A stretch of 64,000 nt of DNA from an uncultured Verrucomicrobiae bacterium (GTDB lineage Bacteria; Verrucomicrobiota; Verrucomicrobiia; Palsa-1439). The DNA lies in contig CAWFPN010000003.1 in NCBI GenBank assembly GCA_963817685.1, forward strand, positions 401,772-465,771, written 5' to 3'. Position 1 is the first letter of the stretch. Each line of letters opens with the position of its first letter. The translations under genes and the position numbers were made by a program. The notes under the pieces are model-generated. The model had not been told where the DNA came from. It did not search any database and saw only the letters and a program-made list of their open reading frames with translations. Positions 8,874-16,744 of the stretch are shown here, piece by piece.

Positions 8874-9791
8874 TTACCCTTGGAAGATACTATCCCGATG
8901 GTACCGCAGAAACTCTGGCGATGGTTCCGCCAGTTTTTCCGGCAGCCGGATGTTTGCACCTTCGTACTGAGCGAAGTTCTGTTCCAGCGCTGGCTGGGGA
9001 AAGTAATGCTTGAGTTGCTTGCTCAGCACAAGTCGGAGCTTCTCATCCAATGTAATCAACCCTGAATCGAACGCCGCGTCGTGGAGACACGACAAGCACA
9101 GGCCGTTGCGAGGGTCCACCCGCTCGTTTGGAAAATCGCGCCACGGCTTGATATGACTCGCCACCAGAAGGCGCGGAACAGAGATTCCTGTAATGCAGCA
9201 GCGAACACCGTAAGCGCTAAGGATGGCTTGCCGAAAGAATTGCTGCCCCCGGCGCACGCGCACAGTCGCCTTCGCTTCCGTTGGTCCCGCTGGTGGTCTT
9301 ACAACACGCACCTTATCACGCTGAAGGAAATCTACTTCGCGGCCTTCATCCTTCGTAAACAAATCATGAAGCAACTGCTCACTCTCCGGACCGAGCACGT
9401 TGATGTTTTCATGGAACTCCGACCAAAGCTTTGTGGCTTCCACAGACACACCCCAGAGCCCTTTTATTCCCCGGGCCTTCTGAATAGGGTCAAGCGCCGC
9501 AAAATTGCAGAGCTTCATGGCAAGACTGCTCGGCGTGCGCCCCATTCTCTTGGCCACGTCGATGATGATCGGGTTGCCGCGATGAAGCTGCCCGAATGGC
9601 AGCTTGCAGTAAAGATTCAACGCCATGAGCGAATGCTCTCGCGTCCATCTCACGCTCGGCGCTTTGGTCATGGGGTCATTGTGGGCGAAAGCAACTGATT
9701 TGCGAAGCAGGAAATTACACCTCGTCACTAAGGAGAAATCCAGATGCCTAAGAACATCCGAATCGAGCTTGATTCGAACGATCTTGGCCAA
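8874..9791 (-). CDS. HNH_2-family (PF13391-like) endonuclease, an orphan restriction-endonuclease-like protein.
   Basis: C-terminal ...RRGQQFFRQAILSAYGVRCCITGISVPRLLVASHIKPW...NGLCLSCLHDAAFDSGLITLDE matches the HNH_2 motif. The true start may be the internal M at 9671. No methyltransferase is adjacent. Confidence 0.6.
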   Translation of the reverse strand: MAKIVRIKLDSDVLRHLDFSLVTRCNFLLRKSVAFAHNDPMTKAPSVRWTREHSLMALNLYCKLPFGQLHRGNPIIIDVAKRMGRTPSSLAMKLCNFAALDPIQKARGIKGLWGVSVEATKLWSEFHENINVLGPESEQLLHDLFTKDEGREVDFLQRDKVRVVRPPAGPTEAKATVRVRRGQQFFRQAILSAYGVRCCITGISVPRLLVASHIKPWRDFPNERVDPRNGLCLSCLHDAAFDSGLITLDEKLRLVLSKQLKHYFPQPALEQNFAQYEGANIRLPEKLAEPSPEFLRYHRDSIFQG

Positions 9792-9986
9792 GCCGTCGAT
9801 GGATTAGAAGTGCGTGCTAAACAGTGGGAGGATACCGCTGCTTATCTCCGAACCGGGGAATCCCCCGAAGATGGCTTCATGCCCGAAGAATGCCGGGACG
9901 CCGAGGAAGCCGATGCCATCGCGCGCCATTATCGGTCCATTCTTGAGAAAATTCGCCGGCAAGCAGGGGAGCAAGGCTGTTTGTGA
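9744..9986 (+). CDS. Hypothetical small acidic protein (80 aa).
   Basis: Strong SD AAGGAG 7 nt upstream of the ATG. Net charge about -7. Overlaps the next ORF start by 4 nt. Confidence 0.5.
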   Translation: MPKNIRIELDSNDLGQAVDGLEVRAKQWEDTAAYLRTGESPEDGFMPEECRDAEEADAIARHYRSILEKIRRQAGEQGCL

Positions 9987-10267
9987 TCCGCAGGGCGTTC
10001 TGTATCTACGTTGATACGGTCGTCGAGGGACCTGTGCCGGTGGAATGGAATGAATTTGGCAGACCGGTCGTATACGCTTCTGAAATCGAGGCGCAACGCG
10101 TTATCGCGAAAGATGTGATTGACCGGCTGCAGCAGTTTCTCACCGACGAACGCGACTATGAAGATGCGTTGACCGTGGAGGAATACATCGTAGAAGTCGA
10201 TGTTTGGCCTGACGGCTCAATCGTTGATACTGATGGGAACTATTTCGGCATTCACAGTCGGCAATAA
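9983..10267 (+). CDS. Hypothetical small, highly acidic protein (94 aa).
   Basis: GTG start overlapping the upstream stop (coupled). Sequence ...EDALTVEEYIVEVDVWPDGSIVDTDGNYF... Net charge about -14. Confidence 0.45.
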   Translation: MIRRAFCIYVDTVVEGPVPVEWNEFGRPVVYASEIEAQRVIAKDVIDRLQQFLTDERDYEDALTVEEYIVEVDVWPDGSIVDTDGNYFGIHSRQ

Positions 10268-10326
10268 TGACGTTCCAACCGAGCGCGAATGGCGGAAAAC
10301 AGCCCAAGGCGTATCTGGTAGGCAAT

Positions 10327-10349
10327 GATACATGGTAGTGCCATGTATC
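10327..10349. repeat. Hairpin repeat HP1 (GATACATGG-TAGTG-CCATGTATC) upstream of vsr.
   Basis: One of three copies of a ~45-bp unit AGGCRAYGATACATGGTAGTGCCATGTATCCnnnCnnnACRACAGAS. The others are at 10744-10766 and 10911-10933. Confidence 0.7.
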
Positions 10350-10385
10350 CCAGCCACACGACAGAGATTCTTCGATAAGCTCAGA

Positions 10386-10775
10386 ATGACATCGCTACAG
10401 AGCGGGAACAAGGAGACGGAAGTTGCGCTGGCGGGGTTGATGCGCAGGAATGGGATTACGGGGTGGCGCAGGAATCAGCGGGTGATGGGGAAACCGGATT
10501 TTGTGTTTCGGCGGGAGCGGGTGGCGGTGTTTGTGGATGGGTGTTTCTGGCATGGGTGTCCGAAGCACGCAAACATGCCGGCGAATAATCGGGCATTTTG
10601 GAAAAAGAAGCTGACGGGGAACAAGCGCCGGGACAAGGTGGTGAATCGGGCGTTGCGCAAAGCCGGTTGGAAGGTCATTCGGATTTGGGAGCATGAGCTG
10701 GTGAAGAATCCCGACCGCTGCCTCCGCCGCATCCGCCAGGCGACGATACATGGTAGTGCCATGTATCCGCACTGA
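10386..10775 (+). CDS. vsr: Very-short-patch-repair (Vsr) T/G-mismatch nicking endonuclease, with no adjacent dcm.
   Basis: GKPDFVFRRERVAVFVDGCFWHGCP...FWKKKLTGNKRRDKVVNRALRKAGWKVIRIWEHEL aligns with E. coli Vsr (PDFVV...GCFWH...FW.EKI..N..RD......GW.V..IWE). The last 11 codons are encoded by hairpin repeat HP2. Confidence 0.8.
   Translation: MTSLQSGNKETEVALAGLMRRNGITGWRRNQRVMGKPDFVFRRERVAVFVDGCFWHGCPKHANMPANNRAFWKKKLTGNKRRDKVVNRALRKAGWKVIRIWEHELVKNPDRCLRRIRQATIHGSAMYPH
10744..10766. repeat. Hairpin repeat HP2 at the vsr 3' end.
   Basis: Identical 23-bp hairpin core to HP1 and HP3. Confidence 0.7.
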
Positions 10776-10910
10776 ACAACAGAGACAGCTTCAGGCGGCG
10801 GCTCGGCGGGAGCCTCGCCCTCCCAGCGGAATTGGACACTCGCCACTAGTCACTAACCACTACTCCGCGTTTAGGGTGACAAATCAAGCACAACACCTCC
10901 GGCAGGCGAT

Positions 10911-10933
10911 GATACATGGTAGTGCCATGTATC
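10911..10933. repeat. Hairpin repeat HP3.
   Basis: Identical 23-bp hairpin core to HP1 and HP2. Confidence 0.7.
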
Positions 10934-10989
10934 CACGCTGAACGACAGACGCATGGAGGTTAGCGGGGAAGAGGGAAAACGGCGCGGCG

Positions 10990-12235
<1,246 letters not shown>

Positions 12236-12332
12236 CGCCACTAGTCACCAGCCACTAACCACACCCAGAGGCGGCGAGGCGTGCCTGTGGAATATCTCCA
12301 TCGTAGAAAAAGGATGGCCGACAAATTTCCCT

Positions 12333-12355
12333 GCAAAGGGCAGTTTTTTCACCAC
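12333..12355 (+). terminator. Weak candidate intrinsic terminator.
   Basis: CCCTGCAAAGGG (4-bp stem, GCAA tetraloop) followed by CAGTTTTTTC. Lies downstream of the IS110 tnp. Confidence 0.2.
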
Positions 12356-12400
12356 TAGCCACTAACCACCCTGTCCGCCGAAGCCTTGGCGAAGGCGGAT
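12351..12400. repeat. REP family B copy.
   Basis: CCACTAGCCACTAACCACC followed by the palindrome TGTCCGCCGAAGCCTTGGCGAAGGCGGAT. Related copies at 10838-10862, 12228-12262 and 43083-43150. Confidence 0.6.
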
Positions 12401-12411
12401 TACCCCCACCC

Positions 12412-13831
12412 CTACTCCGTCTTCTTGCGGACGAACGTATGCGTGGGGTGGCCGTAGAAAACTTCGGCGGCTTCCATCATTGTTTCGGAGAGCGTCGGAT
12501 GGGGGTGGATGGATTCGGCGAGGTCTTTGGCGGTGGCGCCCATCTCGATGGCTAACACGCCTTCGGCAATAAGTTCGCCGGCGCCGTGGCCGACGATGCC
12601 GACGCCGAGGATGCGTTCGGTGTCGGGATCGATGATCAGCTTGGTCAGGCCGTCGGTGCGGTCGAAGGTCAGCGCGCGGCCGGAGGCGGTCCAGGGGAAT
12701 TTGGCGACCTGGATCGTGATACCCTTCTCTTTCGCCTCGGCCTCGGTCAGGCCGGCCCAGGCGATTTCGGGGTCGGTGAAAATGACGGCGGGGATGGTGA
12801 TGCTCTGGAATTCGCTCGGCTCGCCGCAGATCACTTCCACGGCCACGCGGGCTTCGCGCGCGGCCTTGTGGGCCAGCATCGCGCCACCGACGACGTCGCC
12901 GATGGCCATGATGGACGGGTCGGACGTTTCCTGCCGGTTATTGGCCTTGATGAACCCGCGGTCGTCGCGGGCGACCTTGGTGTTTTCCAGGCCGAGATCG
13001 TTGCAATTGGGCACGCGGCCGACGGAGACCAGGACGCGGTCGTAAAATTCCTCCTTGGTCTGGCCGCCGGCGTCGAAGATGACCTTGATCTGTTTGCCGT
13101 GCGTGGCCATCTTCGAGACCTTGGTGTTCACGCGCACTTCCTTGAACGCCTTCTCGGCGTACTTCATCACCGGTCGCGCCAGATCGGGATCGGCGCCGGC
13201 CAGGATCGTCGGCAAGGCTTCCACCACCACCACTTTGCTGCCCAGCGTCGCGTAGACCGTCCCCAATTCCATGCCGATGTAGCCGCCGCCGACGATCAAC
13301 AGGTTTTCGGGAATGTCGGGGATCTCCAGCGCTTCGCGCGAGGTCATGATGCGCGGGTTGCCAAGGTCGAATGACTTCGGCATGGCCGATTGCGAGCCGA
13401 CGGCGATGATGGCCTTGTCGTACTTCAAAAATTTCTGGCCATCCGCCGTCTCGACGCGCAACGTCTGCGAATCCTCGAAGTAGCCGCGCCCGTGCATCAC
13501 CTCGACGCCGCGCGTTTTGGCCAACGCGCCCACGCCGCCGGAAAGTTTTTCGAGGATCGAGTTTTTCCAGGAACGCAGTTTGTCCAGGTCGATCTTGCGG
13601 TTCGCCGAAGGTGATGCCGCGATGGGCCGACTCGCGCGCTTCGCCGATCAATTCCGTCGCGTGCAGCAGGGCCTTCGAAGGGATGCAGCCGCGATTCAGG
13701 CAAACGCCGCCGAGCCTTGCGTCCTGCTCGACAAGAATGACTTTCTTCCCGAGGTCCGCCGCATAAAACGCCGCCGCGTACCCGCCGGGCCCCGCGCCCA
13801 ACACCACCACATCGGTCTTGATTGCATCCAT
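12412..13831 (-). CDS. lpd: Dihydrolipoyl dehydrogenase (E3, Lpd), with an apparent +1 frameshift near 13597-13600.
   Basis: N-terminal frame [18 protein letters not shown]...[18 protein letters not shown]...GITFGEP, then the frame is lost. Removing one C from CCGCAAG restores ...[46 protein letters not shown]... continuous with the 373-aa C-terminal ORF (12412..13533). The full length aligns with E. coli Lpd. Confidence 0.8.
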
Positions 13832-13841
13832 GTTCGTCTCG

Positions 13842-15110
13842 CTAAATCTTCACGTCCGCTTCGTTGAAATTCTCAAACTCCTTCACAAGGTCCACGATGA
13901 ACCGCGCGGCGTTGGCGCCGTCGGCCACGCGGTGGTCGTAGGACAATCCCAGCGGCAGCACCAGGCGCGGCTCGATCTTACCGTCGCGCACCACGGCTTT
14001 CGTCGCGCCGCGGGCCATGCCGAGGATGGCCACTTCGGGCTTGTTGACGATGGGGGTGAACGCCCCGCCGCCGATGCCGCCCTGGTTGGAAATGGTGAAC
14101 GAGCCGCCTTTCATTTCCTCGGCAGAAACCTTGCGGTCGCGGGTCTTGGCGGAGAGTTCTTCCAGTTCCTTGGAAAGCTGCAGCACGCTCTTCTTGTCCA
14201 CGTCGCGAATCACCGGCACCATCAATCCGTGCTCGGTATCGACGGCGATGCCGATGTGGTAATACTCCTTGAACACGATTTCCTGCGCCGCTTCGTCGAG
14301 GCTGGCGTTGAACAGCGGATGCTTCTTCAACGCCGCCACCACCGCTTTCAAGGCCAGCGGCGTCAGCGTCAGGCGCGTGCCCTTGGCCTCGTAGGCTTTG
14401 GCGTATTTCTTCCGCAAGTCGTTAAGCGCCGTGATGTCGGCCTCGTCGAACTGCGTCACACGCGGGACCGTGTTCCACGATTCGCCCATGCGCCGGGCGA
14501 TGGTCTGTCGCAACGGCGTGAGCGGTTTCTTGTAAATAGATCCCCACTGCGAGAAATCAATCCGCTCCGCAACGGGTTTCTTCGGTTCCGCCGGAGCGCC
14601 TGCCGGCTGGGCCGATTGTTGCTGGAGTTGCTCGATGTAAGCGCGCACGTCGTCCAGCGTAATGCGTCCGCCGTTCTCCGTGCCCTGCACGCGCGTCAAA
14701 TCGATGCCCAGATCGCGCGCCATTTTGCGCACGGAGGGCGATGCGGGCGGCGGAAAGCCGGGAACCTCTTTGTAACCGGTCGCACCTGCCGGCACACCGG
14801 CTGGAGCGGGCACCGGTTTGGCGGCAGTGGCGCGCGGCGCGGTCCCGGCGCGGGCAGGCGGCGCAGCGGCTTCGACGCCGTCGGAGGCCAGGGACAAAAT
14901 GACCTGGCCGGCGGAAATCTTGTCGCCGACCTTGACGCGGATGGCGGTGACCGTGCCGGCGGCGCTGGACGGAATGCTGCCGACGGCCTTCTCGGTTTCC
15001 AGTTCGAGGACCGTCTGGTCCTTCTGGATCCGATCGCCTTCCTTGACCAAAATATTCACGACTGTACCCGAGTCCGCGCCTTCGCCCAGACTCGGAAGCC
15101 TAATGTCCAT
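13842..15110 (-). CDS. aceF: Dihydrolipoyllysine-residue acetyltransferase, E2 component of the pyruvate/2-oxoacid dehydrogenase complex.
   Basis: [26 protein letters not shown]... lipoyl domain, a Pro/Ala-rich linker, a peripheral subunit-binding domain ([12 protein letters not shown]) and a catalytic domain (...[18 protein letters not shown]). The start is chosen at the internal M (15110), with a lipoyl domain matching E2 N-termini. Confidence 0.85.
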   Translation of the reverse strand: MDIRLPSLGEGADSGTVVNILVKEGDRIQKDQTVLELETEKAVGSIPSSAAGTVTAIRVKVGDKISAGQVILSLASDGVEAAAPPARAGTAPRATAAKPVPAPAGVPAGATGYKEVPGFPPPASPSVRKMARDLGIDLTRVQGTENGGRITLDDVRAYIEQLQQQSAQPAGAPAEPKKPVAERIDFSQWGSIYKKPLTPLRQTIARRMGESWNTVPRVTQFDEADITALNDLRKKYAKAYEAKGTRLTLTPLALKAVVAALKKHPLFNASLDEAAQEIVFKEYYHIGIAVDTEHGLMVPVIRDVDKKSVLQLSKELEELSAKTRDRKVSAEEMKGGSFTISNQGGIGGGAFTPIVNKPEVAILGMARGATKAVVRDGKIEPRLVLPLGLSYDHRVADGANAARFIVDLVKEFENFNEADVKI

Positions 15111-15267
15111 TGCCTTCAGCCTTTCAAAAATACGGTGGTCGTCATCAGGGACTTGAGACCGCATTTTTATCCTGCGCAGACAAATAACACAAGCGCCGAG
15201 AAATGCAATGGCGGTGCGTGCGGCGATGATAGGAACGCCTTGGAAATGCGACTTGAGCGTACTTTTT

Positions 15268-16665
15268 CTACTTCTTTGCTTCCCTTTTCGCTAACTCGCT
15301 CAACAACTTCTCTACCCGATTGGATCCATCAGGAATACCGACCTTGTCATATAGCGCCTTCGCCTTCGTCCAATACTCCTTTACGATGTCCAACTGCCCA
15401 CGCGTTCGGTAAATCAGCCCCAAATTGTTGTACTGGTTGGCCATGCCTTCTTGGTTGCCCAGCCGCTCGTCAATTTCGAGCGCCTTGCGATGCATCTGCT
15501 CGGCCTCGTCCAACTTCCCGCGCGACTGGAAAATCAACCCCAGATTGCCATAGTCCTCGGCCATGCCTTGTTGGTTGCCGAGCCGCTCGTAAATCTCCAG
15601 CGCCTTGCGATACATCTGCTCGGCCTCGTCCAACTTCCCGCGCGACTGGAAAACCAACCCCAGATTGCTGTAGTCCTCGGCCACGCCTTCTTGGTCGCCG
15701 AGCCGCTCGTCGATTTCCAGCGCCTTGCGATGCATCTGCTCGGCTTCGGCCAACTGCCCGCGTGACTTGTAAATCAGCCCGAGATTGCCGTAGACCGCAG
15801 CCGCCCATTCTTCCTGATGCATCGATTCCGCAATCTCCAGAACCCGACGAAAATTGACCTCAGCTTGGGCGAGGCGTCCGACTCGGTACAGAAATAGCCC
15901 GTATGCGTTGATTGCAGCGGGGGAGTCGCCACGGACTGTAGCTTGGGCGAATCTTGTCTCCGCTTCCGTCAGTTTACCCGCTTGTGCAAGCTTCTTGGCC
16001 TCGTCCAGCAACTCTGTGATGCGAGGTTCTTCTGTCTTGCCTGGAGGCGGTGAGAGTGGAAACGACACTGGGACGGCAGGTTCTGGCGGGGGCCCTGCAG
16101 GGCTCCCTTTGACAGTTCCACCTCCTTCGTGATCCCGCAACCACTGACCGAGGTAGCGGCGCAGCCAATTTTCAAACTCCTCAGTTTGATCAAAGGTATG
16201 GAACAAGAGACTGTGCTCGGATTCTAACGTCTGTTTGAAAGTCAGCACCTTCTTCAGTTGATCGCCCGGATCGGTCAGTTGACGCGGATCGACGGACTTG
16301 AAGAAGACCACAATCTGACGCATTGGGCGATTCTGATCACGCATGCATTCCAGTGCTATATGGTATTCTTCCTCTGTGCCCGACGTGAATCTTCCCGTTC
16401 CGGAAGCATCGGGGGGAGACCCCCATCGATCCCACAACATCAGGACGAAAAAATCGCATTTTCGAATGTCCTCATTTATGAGCGATTGTGGACGCCCGAT
16501 ACCGCCAAGGGTGATTTCCCATCCCACTGGAATAAAATGCGCGACGCGATGGATTGCCTCGCATTCGTTGTAATCGCTGATGACCTTGCGAAACGCTTTT
16601 CGTTGCTCCTGCAAGCCCCCTGGCGTGGCAATGAAGATGCGATAACCTGTCAGTTTCTCCGACAT
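15268..16665 (-). CDS. DUF4062-like (TIR/nucleoside-2-deoxyribosyltransferase-like) N-terminal domain fused to a TPR repeat array. Candidate sensor-effector protein inserted between aceE and aceF.
   Basis: N-terminal YRIFIATPGGLQEQRKAFRKVISDYNE...HFIPVGWEI...IRKCDFFVLMLWDRWGS resembles DUF4062/TIR-like domains. A Pro-rich linker follows. The C-terminus holds 5-6 near-identical 42-aa TPR units (...YGNLGLIYKSRGQLAEAEQMHRKALEIDERLGDQEGVAED...). Confidence 0.6.
   Translation of the reverse strand: MSEKLTGYRIFIATPGGLQEQRKAFRKVISDYNECEAIHRVAHFIPVGWEITLGGIGRPQSLINEDIRKCDFFVLMLWDRWGSPPDASGTGRFTSGTEEEYHIALECMRDQNRPMRQIVVFFKSVDPRQLTDPGDQLKKVLTFKQTLESEHSLLFHTFDQTEEFENWLRRYLGQWLRDHEGGGTVKGSPAGPPPEPAVPVSFPLSPPPGKTEEPRITELLDEAKKLAQAGKLTEAETRFAQATVRGDSPAAINAYGLFLYRVGRLAQAEVNFRRVLEIAESMHQEEWAAAVYGNLGLIYKSRGQLAEAEQMHRKALEIDERLGDQEGVAEDYSNLGLVFQSRGKLDEAEQMYRKALEIYERLGNQQGMAEDYGNLGLIFQSRGKLDEAEQMHRKALEIDERLGNQEGMANQYNNLGLIYRTRGQLDIVKEYWTKAKALYDKVGIPDGSNRVEKLLSELAKREAKK
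15400..15900. repeat. Tandem 126-bp nucleotide repeats encoding the TPR array (about 4 near-identical copies).
   Basis: The ORF track shows the same reading frames repeating on both strands (15451..15765 and 15470..15808), with motifs recurring at a 126-bp period. Confidence 0.7.
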
Positions 16666-16744
16666 ACCCCCATGCTACGAACTAACCCGTCTTAGGGCAA
16701 GGCAGGATATGTCACCGAAGGGCTCACTAAGCGGGGCTATGTCA

